Source: Cyanophyceae cyanobacterium
GTDB lineage: Bacteria > Cyanobacteriota > Cyanobacteriia > Cyanobacteriales > JBHJGN01
Reading direction: 5' to 3'
Length of the DNA: 64,000 nt
NCBI GenBank assembly: GCA_050331735.1
Contig: JBHJGN010000004.1
Location: forward strand, 32,001 to 96,000
Numbering within the stretch: position 1 is the stretch's first letter; every line of letters begins with the position of its first letter. Of the stretch, positions 38,279 through 47,668 are shown one piece after another. A model generated the notes under the pieces. It ran no database searches, was not told the DNA's origin, and saw only the letters and a list, made by a program, of their open reading frames with translations. Made by a program: the position numbers and the translations under genes.

Positions 38279-40624
38279 TTAGCGAGCATTTAGTAGAGCG
38301 TTAGTACGCTCAAGATAGATTTCTGATTTTTTGAGCTTTGCTGCTGTCTCCGAAACGAGAGATTTGAAGGTTCCCGCTAATTGACTCTCGGCGGCCAGGG
38401 ATTGCTGTTTGGCCTGCTGAGCTTGCCTGAGGCTGTCCTGGTAACAGTACAGGTAGTGATTGAGTTCGCCAAAGTAAGCCTCAACGTGCTGCTGCCATTC
38501 TTCCTGGACGTACTGAGCAATCTGTTGATTAAGCTGAGCGATGCTGTCGGTGATCGCCTGATTAATCTGCTTAGCTAATTCTTCTAAAGAAACAGTATAG
38601 TAAGTCTTTATTTTGGTAATGGGAATCTTCTGCTCTACCTTAAGCAAAAACAAAAAATAGAAAGGTCTTTTGACTTTAATTTCGACATTTTTGATCGGTT
38701 TGTCGATCTGCTCGACAACGGTTTGCCGACAGTTAAGCTGACGACTAGCAAGGGCAGGCCGCGAGAAAGTTAGCTCTCGCTTAAAATTTTGGGGGAGACA
38801 AGACTGAGCTTCTTCGAGCGCGGCTAATTCTTGAGTAAGCACTAATTGTAGCTGAGCTTGTGCTCTCTCAATTTGTTGTTCTATAGCGTTACCAACGTTT
38901 TCTAGCAGCTTGTTGGCGGCTTGTTGAATCCAAGTCACCGCTTGCTCAGCAAAGTTTCGCGCTTCTTGCTCAGTGGTAAACTCGAAGATGCCAAAGGATT
39001 TGTATTGAAAGCTCAAGTCTGAGTGTTTGAGCCAGGTGGAGAAAGTTTCGGTCTCATCTAGGGAGCTAACACTCTGTCCAGGGCTGAGCTGCTGTAGAAG
39101 CTGATGCCAGTCGTTGCTATCCTCGATCAAAAAATCCTCAACGCGAACCTGGAGCTTCTGATGAAGCAACTTAATGATATTATCTAGGCTCTGCTTCAGA
39201 TGGTGACTGACGGGCTCGACTGCTTGCAGGCGATCGCGGCATTGCTCAACGCCAAGTAGTTCCGCTGCTAACGCCTCCACCTCTAATCGCCATGTCTCTT
39301 CCTCTTGTTTCCACGCATTCTGGCGCAGATTGAGGTCGTTTTTGAGTTCCAGCAACAGATTGCGACCCAACTGGAGCGCCGACACCATACAGCGGGGAGC
39401 GGCACTTTCTAGCAGGGCTTGAATGGCTCCTCCTAAGAAGGGTTGCATTCCAGAGTCTTCCCACAAATACAGGGCCTCCTCCTGGAGTTCGGCTACCCTC
39501 GAGCGGGCCAGTTTGCTCGCCCATCGCGGACCTAATGCTTCTTGCGCTAAGGCTGATGCAGACTCTAGATCGGCTAAATTCGCGTCTGGATACTGCTGTC
39601 GCTCCCGGAGAAATTTGGCCGCCGAGAACGCCCGAATCGCTGAGACTTCAAATATCCGCTTGCTGTAGCGATGGTCAAATGACAAATCGGCACAGACGAA
39701 TTCCCGAACTTCTTGAGGAGACAAATCGCCTTGTCGTCGCTGGTCTATTTTGTTCACGAGAATGTAAAGATTTTCTGGCCCCAGTAATTCAATCACTGGC
39801 TGGACGTGTTGTTTCACTTCCGCAGCAGCCTGAGTGTTGAGCTGAGTAAAGTCTAGAACCAACAAGACGAGGGAGCTGCGACGCAGTTGTTCTTCCACCA
39901 CCGACATTAATTTCAGACTGTCCTCCGCTTCGTTCGGTCCTGGGGTATCCACAATCACCAAATTGCCAAGTTCCGGGGGCTGAGTTGGCGAGTGCCAAAA
40001 CGGAGTTTCGAGATGCGGTAACTCCATCAGGTGAGCCAGCGGATCTTGGGCAGGATTGACGATGCTGCAAAGGCGGATCACATCATTGAGAGTCGTGAGG
40101 GTATTCTCGATCTCCTCGCGTCCGCAGGCTTTTGCTAGCAGGGGGACTTCGGCGGGAATTGCCTCGAGTAGCTCCATCAAGTGAGGATACTGACCCACCT
40201 TTGTACGCATCTGTTCGATGCCTAATGCCTTAGTTTGCCACCGCAGTACCGTCAGAGCCGCCTGAAACACCGAGAGAATTTTGGGGCTGAGGGTGAGCAC
40301 TGGCTCTGCAATGGCCCCGTTGAACACAATTTCGGTGGGCAGCATCGTCATCGCGGTGTTGCGACTAGGCAGCAGCTCCTGTCCGACAATCGAGTTGACA
40401 ATAGTGGATTTTCCGGCCTTCATCGGGGCAACGACGGCCATTCTCAGCTCTAAATCTGCGACATTCCGCGCTGCTTGAGCAATTTCTTGTCGATAAAGGA
40501 CGTATGGGGGAGAGTGTTCGGTACTGAGCGCCGCAGCACGCTCCATAAGTTCGCCAATTTGCTTGAGTAGTTCAAGAACGTCTTGCTGTAGTTCCTGGAC
40601 GTTAGGCTTGAGAGTCATAATCAT
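38279..40624 (-). CDS. Dynamin-like GTPase, CrfC/RdcA (YjdA)-like
   Basis: VVAPMKAGKST (G1), LPSRNTAMTMLPT (G2), DTPGPNE (G3), VNKID (G4); long helical C-terminus. Confidence 0.85.
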   Translation of the reverse strand: MIMTLKPNVQELQQDVLELLKQIGELMERAAALSTEHSPPYVLYRQEIAQAARNVADLELRMAVVAPMKAGKSTIVNSIVGQELLPSRNTAMTMLPTEIVFNGAIAEPVLTLSPKILSVFQAALTVLRWQTKALGIEQMRTKVGQYPHLMELLEAIPAEVPLLAKACGREEIENTLTTLNDVIRLCSIVNPAQDPLAHLMELPHLETPFWHSPTQPPELGNLVIVDTPGPNEAEDSLKLMSVVEEQLRRSSLVLLVLDFTQLNTQAAAEVKQHVQPVIELLGPENLYILVNKIDQRRQGDLSPQEVREFVCADLSFDHRYSKRIFEVSAIRAFSAAKFLRERQQYPDANLADLESASALAQEALGPRWASKLARSRVAELQEEALYLWEDSGMQPFLGGAIQALLESAAPRCMVSALQLGRNLLLELKNDLNLRQNAWKQEEETWRLEVEALAAELLGVEQCRDRLQAVEPVSHHLKQSLDNIIKLLHQKLQVRVEDFLIEDSNDWHQLLQQLSPGQSVSSLDETETFSTWLKHSDLSFQYKSFGIFEFTTEQEARNFAEQAVTWIQQAANKLLENVGNAIEQQIERAQAQLQLVLTQELAALEEAQSCLPQNFKRELTFSRPALASRQLNCRQTVVEQIDKPIKNVEIKVKRPFYFLFLLKVEQKIPITKIKTYYTVSLEELAKQINQAITDSIAQLNQQIAQYVQEEWQQHVEAYFGELNHYLYCYQDSLRQAQQAKQQSLAAESQLAGTFKSLVSETAAKLKKSEIYLERTNALLNAR

Positions 40625-41076
40625 GACGCAGATCCCAAGTTGTCAGCTCCAGTGTGGCATTTCTCCGAGAACCGAGTCATCGGTGAAAACCGAGGAGGCG
40701 ATCTTTGAGCTTACTGAGTGAATGCCGGGAACTTTGGGAGATGGGCTGCGTCTTTCGAGGCAGCCCTTTCTCCAGCAGTAAGGTTTCTGTACTAACAACT
40801 ACTGCCTGAGTTGCTCGCCCAAATTTTTCAGTGCATTGTCTGAGGCCCAATACTGCACAGAAGCGCTAGGGTGTTGTCTACCTAGCTTGAGCAACAACGG
40901 TCAGAAATTCGGTCATAAATTCCTTAGAAACGACCAGAAGGTACTGACATTCGCCAAGGACCGTGCCAAGATTGCTGTTAGGTAAAGTAATATAAAGCTA
41001 ACTTTTTCGTCGTTCTCTAGAGCCTTAGCTCCGGGAACCTCGTCTCCAGCAGACAACCGGACCACTACTTCCCGAG

Positions 41077-42909
41077 ATGAAGATGACTCAAAGCCGCGAG
41101 CCGTTATCGGCAGACGTTCAATACTCTACCTTGGTAGAGCTGCTGCGTGGAAGGGCGCGGCACCAGAGCGAGCGTCATGCCTATACCTTTTTAATCGACG
41201 GTAAAAAAGCGAGCGCTCCGCTGACCTACGGAGAACTCGACCGTCAAGCCCGAGCGATCGCTGCTCACCTCCAGCAGCATCAAGCTCAAGGAGAACGGGC
41301 GCTGCTGCTGTATCCGCAAGGCTTAGAAATGGTGGCGGCGTTTTGTGGCTGTCTCTATACTGGAGCGATCGCCATTCCCGTTCCGCCCCCGGAGTCCGGC
41401 AGACTGAAGCGGACGCTCCCGCGGCTGCGCTCGATCGTCAAAGATGCCCAAGCCACCTTTGCGCTGACGACAGGGCGAATTCTCTCTCTCGTCGAGAATG
41501 TCCGCGACGAATTTCCCGAATTTGACCAGATGCGCTGGCTAGATACCGAGCAGCTCGACCTCACGCTAGCCGAGCAGTGGCAGGAGCCGCCCTTAGACAA
41601 AGACACGCTCGCTTACCTGCAATACACCTCTGGCTCCACCTCGACGCCGAAAGGAGTGATGCTCAGCCACTTCAATTTGATGCATCACGCGGCCTATCTC
41701 CAAAAAGCCTGTGGCTACGAACCAGAGAGCGTCACGACCTGCTGGATGCCCTACTTCCACGATTATGGACTGGTAGAAGGAATAATGGTGCCGCTCTACA
41801 ACGGGACTCCGTGCTATTTGATGTCTCCTTTCTCCTTTATCAAGCGTCCGGTACAGTGGCTCCGCAATATTACCCACTTTGGAGTCACCCACTCTCAAGC
41901 CCCCAACTTTGCCTACGACCAGTGCGTACGACGAGTTAAGCCCAAGCAGCTAGCCGAACTCAACCTGAGCGGCTGGCAAGCGGCGGGTAACGCGGCTGAG
42001 CCGATTAATCCGAAGGTGATGGAGCAATTTGTCGAAACCTTTGCTCCCTGCGGCTTTTCGTGGTCAGCCTTTGCTCCAGCCTATGGACTGGCTGAATTTA
42101 CTCTGCTGGTGTCCTCTAAGCCGAAAGGACAAACGCCAGTCCTGCTCAACGTTGATGCCGCCGCCATCGAACGCGACAAAATTGTTTCGGTGTCTGCCGA
42201 GGAGGGGCGCACGATTGCTGGCTGCGGTCATCTGGTGGGCAATACGCAAGTGGCAATTGTTCATCCTGACTCCCACCGACGCTGTGCTGAAGATGAAGTG
42301 GGAGAAATTTGGGTGTCAGACCCGAGCGTTACCCAGGGTTACTGGCAGCGCCCCGAAGAAACGGCCCGGACTTTCCAGGCCATGATTAAAGATACTGGGG
42401 AAGGACCGTTTCTGCGTACTGGCGACCTCGGATTTCTTAAAGATGGAGAACTGTTTATTACCGGACGCATCAAAGACCTGATTATTATTCGGGGAACGAA
42501 CCATTACCCCCAAGATATTGAGTGGACGGTTCAGAATCTCCATTCTGCCCTGCGTCCGGATTACGGAGCCGCCTTTTCTATTCAGGACCGCGGCGCAGAA
42601 CAGCTAGTTGTGGTCCAGGAAGTAGAGCGCCGCGCCGAAAACATTGAGGCCGATCAGCTCATTGCCGATATTCGCCAAGAAATTGCCGAACAGCACGAAC
42701 TCCAGGTATACGCCGTGGTGTTAGCTAAACCGGGCAATATCCTCAAAACGGCGAGCGGCAAAATTCAGCGTCGGGCCTGTCGTCACAATTTTCTCACCGG
42801 ACAGCTCACGGCGATCGCCGACTGGTGCGAAAATCCGCAGCTAAGCGCTAAATTTCGGACTCTACAAGGAGAAGTCGAGTCTTTGGCGCAACAAGTTATC
42901 GGCACATAG
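41077..42909 (+). CDS. Fatty acyl-AMP ligase (FAAL)
   Basis: YLQYTSGSTSTPKG, FHDYGL, YGLAE, FLRTGDLGF, NHYPQDIE, KTASGKIQR. Confidence 0.9.
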   Translation: MKMTQSREPLSADVQYSTLVELLRGRARHQSERHAYTFLIDGKKASAPLTYGELDRQARAIAAHLQQHQAQGERALLLYPQGLEMVAAFCGCLYTGAIAIPVPPPESGRLKRTLPRLRSIVKDAQATFALTTGRILSLVENVRDEFPEFDQMRWLDTEQLDLTLAEQWQEPPLDKDTLAYLQYTSGSTSTPKGVMLSHFNLMHHAAYLQKACGYEPESVTTCWMPYFHDYGLVEGIMVPLYNGTPCYLMSPFSFIKRPVQWLRNITHFGVTHSQAPNFAYDQCVRRVKPKQLAELNLSGWQAAGNAAEPINPKVMEQFVETFAPCGFSWSAFAPAYGLAEFTLLVSSKPKGQTPVLLNVDAAAIERDKIVSVSAEEGRTIAGCGHLVGNTQVAIVHPDSHRRCAEDEVGEIWVSDPSVTQGYWQRPEETARTFQAMIKDTGEGPFLRTGDLGFLKDGELFITGRIKDLIIIRGTNHYPQDIEWTVQNLHSALRPDYGAAFSIQDRGAEQLVVVQEVERRAENIEADQLIADIRQEIAEQHELQVYAVVLAKPGNILKTASGKIQRRACRHNFLTGQLTAIADWCENPQLSAKFRTLQGEVESLAQQVIGT

Positions 42910-43042
42910 GTGTCCGACGACGAGACTGCCGCTGACTCCTAGGAAAACTGCTAAGATAGTGGCTAATTTAAGGGAATTTTCTCCTTCCAAAATCTGCTTG
43001 CTCTAGGGGTCACTCATCCAGACGTTTGTTGAAGAAATCATT

Positions 43043-44836
43043 ATGCATAAACTGAAGCAATACTGGGTAGCCGAAACGCTCGAAAAAGATTTAGGCAGCC
43101 CCAACAATCCAGACAGCGTCATGTCTTTTAAAAGAGTCGTCGAACTCGACGAGCGCGAGGAGTTTCCCGAACAAGAAATCAACTGGCTCTACAACTGGAA
43201 ACTGCACCACTACTACATCCCGACCAACTGTGGTGGTGAGTTTACCTCGTTTGAGGAATTTGTGGCGTTTGTGCGCGTCCTCTGTCGCCGGGATCAAAAC
43301 ATTGGCATTGCCTTTACCACCATGTTTTGGTCGTTCTTAACCTGGATGGGAGGAACCGACGAACAGAAGCAGCAGCTTGCTCAGTATCTGAAGGACCACA
43401 ACGGGACTCTCTGCTTGGGGTATTCCGAAAGAGAACACGGCAGCGATTTAGTCGGAGGAAGCGTCACGGCCACTCCTGTTGCTGGCGGCTATCTGCTCAA
43501 CGGAGAAAAATGGCCCATCAACCGCGCTACCCTTTCTGGTGTTTCTTACGTCCTGGCTCGTACCGGCAATCTAGGAGAAGCAAAGAGCCTATCGCTTTTT
43601 GCTGTGGATAAAAGCAAGATTAATGCTTCCCAATACTATAATCTTCCCAAAATTAAGACTCACGGAATTCGCGGGGCCGATATGAGCGGCATCGGCTTCA
43701 AAAATTGTTTCGTCCCCGAATCGATGCGCCTGCAAAAAGAAGGAGACGGGTTAGAGCTAGCCCTCAAAGGATTCCAAATTACTCGCACTCTTTGCGCGGC
43801 GTTCTCCCTAGGGGCTGCCGATACCGCGCTCAGGACCACGCTCAACTTTGCCCGACACCGCATCGTCTACAACAAGACAGTATTTGAGCTACCGCAGCCT
43901 CGTCAAACTCTGGTAAACGCCTTTCTCGATATTCTCATTGGAGATTGTGAAACGATCGGGGCAGCGCGGGGATTTCATGTGGTTCCTGAACAGTTTAGCG
44001 TCTGGGCATCGGTTGTCAAATACCTGGTAACTACCCGATTAGAAACGGCCATCAACGACGTATACCCGGTGTTAGGCTCGCGTTTCTACATGCGGGAAGA
44101 ACATAACTGGGGAATTTTCCAAAAGGTCTTGCGCGATAACTCCATCATCAGTATGTTTGACGGCAGTACCGTGGTCAATCTACACGCTCTGATTCTACAG
44201 TTCCGCCAAATCACTAAGTACCGCTCCCGCCGCAAAGCCAACACCCTCGCTGAAATTGGTTCTCGCTTGGAGACCATCTTCTCGCTGGAGCAGTCAGTGC
44301 CCTCCTTTGCGCCTGAGAAGCTAGCGCTTTTCGGTCGCGGTGCTGACGATCCGCTTCAGGGACTAGAAATTGCCCTAGAACAGCTACAGGCTCTTGAATC
44401 CAAGGTTGATAGCGGAGTGTTAGAGAAGCTCCTGTCTCTGGGTAATCTAGTGCTGGAAGAATTGAACGCTCACGATGACCGAATTGCCAACTCCAAGTTT
44501 GAGTTTGGTCACGCTCAGTCTCCAGAATTGTTTGAAATTGCGAAGCAGTACTGTACGCTGCATGCAGCGGCCTGCTGTCTGCATATGTGGCTTTACAACC
44601 GCCACATCTTGGGAGACTTTTTTGCTCAAGGAGAATGGCTCGTCCTCAGTCTACACAGGCTGCTGCGCACCGTAAGACCTCTACCCTATGTGATCGCTCA
44701 AGCCTACGTAGAGAATGTCGCTCAAGAGCTACTCAAGCTGCACCGCGAGGAACGAGCGTTTTCGATTGTTCCTTTTCAACTGGCCTCGTCGTCAGCTCAG
44801 GAATCCCCCGTTTCAGAGCTACAGCTCCAAGCCTAA
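43043..44836 (+). CDS. Acyl-CoA/acyl-ACP dehydrogenase
   Basis: GYSEREHGSD, LNGEKWPIN, THGIRGAD, MFDGSTVVN. Confidence 0.85.
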   Translation: MHKLKQYWVAETLEKDLGSPNNPDSVMSFKRVVELDEREEFPEQEINWLYNWKLHHYYIPTNCGGEFTSFEEFVAFVRVLCRRDQNIGIAFTTMFWSFLTWMGGTDEQKQQLAQYLKDHNGTLCLGYSEREHGSDLVGGSVTATPVAGGYLLNGEKWPINRATLSGVSYVLARTGNLGEAKSLSLFAVDKSKINASQYYNLPKIKTHGIRGADMSGIGFKNCFVPESMRLQKEGDGLELALKGFQITRTLCAAFSLGAADTALRTTLNFARHRIVYNKTVFELPQPRQTLVNAFLDILIGDCETIGAARGFHVVPEQFSVWASVVKYLVTTRLETAINDVYPVLGSRFYMREEHNWGIFQKVLRDNSIISMFDGSTVVNLHALILQFRQITKYRSRRKANTLAEIGSRLETIFSLEQSVPSFAPEKLALFGRGADDPLQGLEIALEQLQALESKVDSGVLEKLLSLGNLVLEELNAHDDRIANSKFEFGHAQSPELFEIAKQYCTLHAAACCLHMWLYNRHILGDFFAQGEWLVLSLHRLLRTVRPLPYVIAQAYVENVAQELLKLHREERAFSIVPFQLASSSAQESPVSELQLQA

Positions 44837-44864
44837 TTTGTTCACCCTACCAGACCAGCTTATA

Positions 44865-45209
44865 ATGACTCCTGTAGAAACTATTCAGAATTGGCTCGTC
44901 AATCAGCTTGCCGAGCAGCTTTCTTTGGACGCTAATGCGATTAGCACCACAGAGCCGCTGACTCGCTATGGACTCGACTCCATTGACGCTGTCACTATCG
45001 TCGGCGACTTAGAAGACTGGCTAGATATGGAGCTTCCCTCAACTTTATTTTGGGATCATCCAACGATTGCTCAATCCTCTCAGTTTCTAGCCGATAATTA
45101 CGATGTTGCCGGAGCACTAAACAGTGAGCCCCAAAGCGACGCAGCAGACCCCGAACCAGTGACCAGCGGCAAGGGTTGGGGTGGATTATTTGGTCGCTTC
45201 GGCTCTTAA
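44865..45209 (+). CDS. Acyl carrier protein with C-terminal extension
   Basis: YGLDSIDAV phosphopantetheine site, LFWDHPTI; ATG at 44865. Confidence 0.9.
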   Translation: MTPVETIQNWLVNQLAEQLSLDANAISTTEPLTRYGLDSIDAVTIVGDLEDWLDMELPSTLFWDHPTIAQSSQFLADNYDVAGALNSEPQSDAADPEPVTSGKGWGGLFGRFGS

Positions 45210-45275
45210 AAAACAGCCAGTCGTTGGGGGAGAATCGCTCCCCAACCAAACAGTACTCCCTCCTCAGTTCAGACC

Positions 45276-46736
45276 TTGAATTACTCGGACTTTTCTTTTT
45301 GGTGGATACTGCTCCTCTTTTGCGTTCCGTTCTTTACGGTACGCACCGTTGCTAGATCGGTTAATCTGTGGCCGGGGTTTTTCGATGCCTTGGGGCTGAT
45401 GGCTCTGTCGCTGCTCCTCTTCTTCAACGCCAGCCGTGCTAGCTTCGTTGTTTTTATTTTCGAGGTGGTTTTTAACTACGTAATGGTGGCGCTGATGCAG
45501 CGCACTCGCGGTTGGCAAGCCAAGCTGTTTGCGGGGGTCATCATTACGATTGACATTGCTATTCTGGCGTACTTTAAGTATCTAGCCTTCTTTGTTGAAG
45601 ATGTTTTTGGGATACTAGCGGGGGGGGTTGCCGACAACTGGGATCGCAGTTTGCCGATTCCGGTCTATAGCCATATTCCTCCAGGGGTGTCTTTCTACAC
45701 CTTTCAGATGGTGGCCTTTGTCGTTGATTCTCTCACAGCCCGCAAGAAACGCCCGATCGGCTTTGTTGACTATATCAACTTTGTCGCCTTCTTCCCCCAA
45801 ATTGTGGCCGGACCCATTGAGCGGCGCACGAACTTGTTTCCCCAAATTGAATCGTTTCGCTTCAAAGCCACTTTGGAAAATTTCGATGTTGGCCTGCGGT
45901 GGCTGTCTTTGGGGTTATTTATGAAGTTTGTGCTGGCCGACAATCTGTTTCCCTACATTGATTTAACCACTGTCGAAAATGCTTGGGGAGTCTGGTTCAA
46001 CGCGTTTATCTTTACTCTCAGAATTTATTTCGACTTTGCTGGCTATAGCTTTATTGCCCTGGGAATCGCTCGCTTTCTGGGTGTACGCCTGACAGTCAAC
46101 TTTTTAGCACCCTATACCAGCCCGAGCATTAACGAATTTTGGCGGCGATGGCACATTACCCTGAGCACCTGGTTTAGGGATTACGTGTTTCTCCCGCTGA
46201 TGGGATCTCGGAAAAAACTAGCGCCTTTCTTCCTCTTTATTACGTTCACGCTGTCGGGTTTTTGGCACGGAGCTGCCTGGAACTTTATCATCTGGGGAGC
46301 CTATCATGGCGCTCTGCTGCTCGTGCTGCGCTATCTAGGCAGACCCTTCCATAAAGTGGTGGGTCAACACATTGCCCGACCTCAGTTTATCTCTTGGGGA
46401 TTGACCTTTGGCTCTGTCGTACTCGGCTGCCTGTTCTTTATGGATACCGATATCGGTCGTTTACTCCTCAAGCTGAGAACGTTAGTGACTCCCTGGGCTT
46501 ATTCTCTGTCTAATTTAGGAGAATTTTTCGGCTCCTACAGCGTCAACGAAGGAGCGGCTCTGCTACTGATTTTGGCCCTCTCCGGTCTCGTGCTGCTGAT
46601 GGAACATATTGCCGTTTGGCAGCGGAAGTTTGAATACGAACTCTTGCTTTCCCCTTGGGTATCGCCCGTGCTGCTAGGGCTAACACTACTATTAGCGGCC
46701 AATACTCCTTCTGAATTTATCTACTTCGAGTTCTGA
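45276..46736 (+). CDS. MBOAT O-acyltransferase (AlgI/DltB-like)
   Basis: GVSFYTFQ, FFPQIVAGPIER, YFDFAGYS, EFWRRWHITLS, GFWHGA; ends FIYFEF. Confidence 0.92.
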   Translation: MNYSDFSFWWILLLFCVPFFTVRTVARSVNLWPGFFDALGLMALSLLLFFNASRASFVVFIFEVVFNYVMVALMQRTRGWQAKLFAGVIITIDIAILAYFKYLAFFVEDVFGILAGGVADNWDRSLPIPVYSHIPPGVSFYTFQMVAFVVDSLTARKKRPIGFVDYINFVAFFPQIVAGPIERRTNLFPQIESFRFKATLENFDVGLRWLSLGLFMKFVLADNLFPYIDLTTVENAWGVWFNAFIFTLRIYFDFAGYSFIALGIARFLGVRLTVNFLAPYTSPSINEFWRRWHITLSTWFRDYVFLPLMGSRKKLAPFFLFITFTLSGFWHGAAWNFIIWGAYHGALLLVLRYLGRPFHKVVGQHIARPQFISWGLTFGSVVLGCLFFMDTDIGRLLLKLRTLVTPWAYSLSNLGEFFGSYSVNEGAALLLILALSGLVLLMEHIAVWQRKFEYELLLSPWVSPVLLGLTLLLAANTPSEFIYFEF

Positions 46737-47668
46737 TGAAATTTAAGTTAGTTCCTTGGTTTGTAGCGGCAGGGGTAGCCTGGTCGTTGGGCTACGCCTA
46801 TAACGTCTACTACGGCGGCGAACTGAGCTGGCTGCGGGCGATGTACGAGCAGAAACTGGCGATCGCCGCCGCCACCGAAGCTCCCCAACGACTGCTGATT
46901 ACTGGCGGTTCGGGAGCCCACTATACCCTCGACTCCGAACTGATTGAGCAGCAGTTGGGCATTCCCGTAATTAATTTGGGCATCGACGGTCCTGTGGGGC
47001 TGAACGTGATTCTGCCCAGCGTTCTCGACCAGGTGCGTCCGGGTGACGTGGTGCTGCTGATTCCGGAGTATTTAATTTTGCTGGATGAGGACGGTTTAGG
47101 CGATCGCTCTGGTCCCTTTAGCTTGGCCATTCATCGACCCGGCTTAGGGGGCGTTCCTCCGAAGCAGTTAGCCCAGGACATTATGCTGCTGGGAGTGCCG
47201 ACGCTGCGCTCTGTCGCAAAATCTGCCATGGATTTGGTTCGGGATGGTGAATTATCCGGGTACTATTCCGATCCCCTCACCGAACGAGGCGATCCGACGA
47301 CCGTCAATACTCGTACGGGAGAGTGGTGGCAATTGCAGATTAGTCAATCCATTTCCCCACACGCCGCGAACAGAATCGCTCAATTTCAGGAAGAAGTCGC
47401 GGCACGGGGCGGAACCCTGGTGCTGTCTTTGCCCTGGGTTTACGCTCAGGCCGACCAAGAAACCCTCACCAACGTACAGAAGACCGCCGAACAGCTAGAG
47501 GGAATTGCGCCCACCATCTACGATCCCTCCTCACTCAACATCAAGACAGACTCTAGCCTGTTTGCCGATACTCACTATCACCTCCTCCCAGAAGCTCGCC
47601 GAATTCGTGCTCGGGAATTAGCAGCTCAGCTACAGCCCGTCCTAAAAACAATTAACAATGACCAGTGA
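46736..47668 (+). CDS. Membrane-anchored SGNH-like protein (DltD/AlgJ-like MBOAT partner)
   Basis: N-terminal anchor, ITGGS, INLG, C-terminal DTHYHL; TGA/ATG overlap with the MBOAT gene. Confidence 0.6.
   Translation: MKFKLVPWFVAAGVAWSLGYAYNVYYGGELSWLRAMYEQKLAIAAATEAPQRLLITGGSGAHYTLDSELIEQQLGIPVINLGIDGPVGLNVILPSVLDQVRPGDVVLLIPEYLILLDEDGLGDRSGPFSLAIHRPGLGGVPPKQLAQDIMLLGVPTLRSVAKSAMDLVRDGELSGYYSDPLTERGDPTTVNTRTGEWWQLQISQSISPHAANRIAQFQEEVAARGGTLVLSLPWVYAQADQETLTNVQKTAEQLEGIAPTIYDPSSLNIKTDSSLFADTHYHLLPEARRIRARELAAQLQPVLKTINNDQ

Noticed and set aside
32360..41000. Integrative element bounded by a tRNA 3'-end duplication (attL/attR)
   Set aside because: No second copy of the tRNA 3' end and no integrase were noticed by eye
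44715..44864. N-terminal 50 aa of the 164-aa ACP ORF
   Set aside because: It overlaps the dehydrogenase gene; the ACP fold begins at the ATG at 44865
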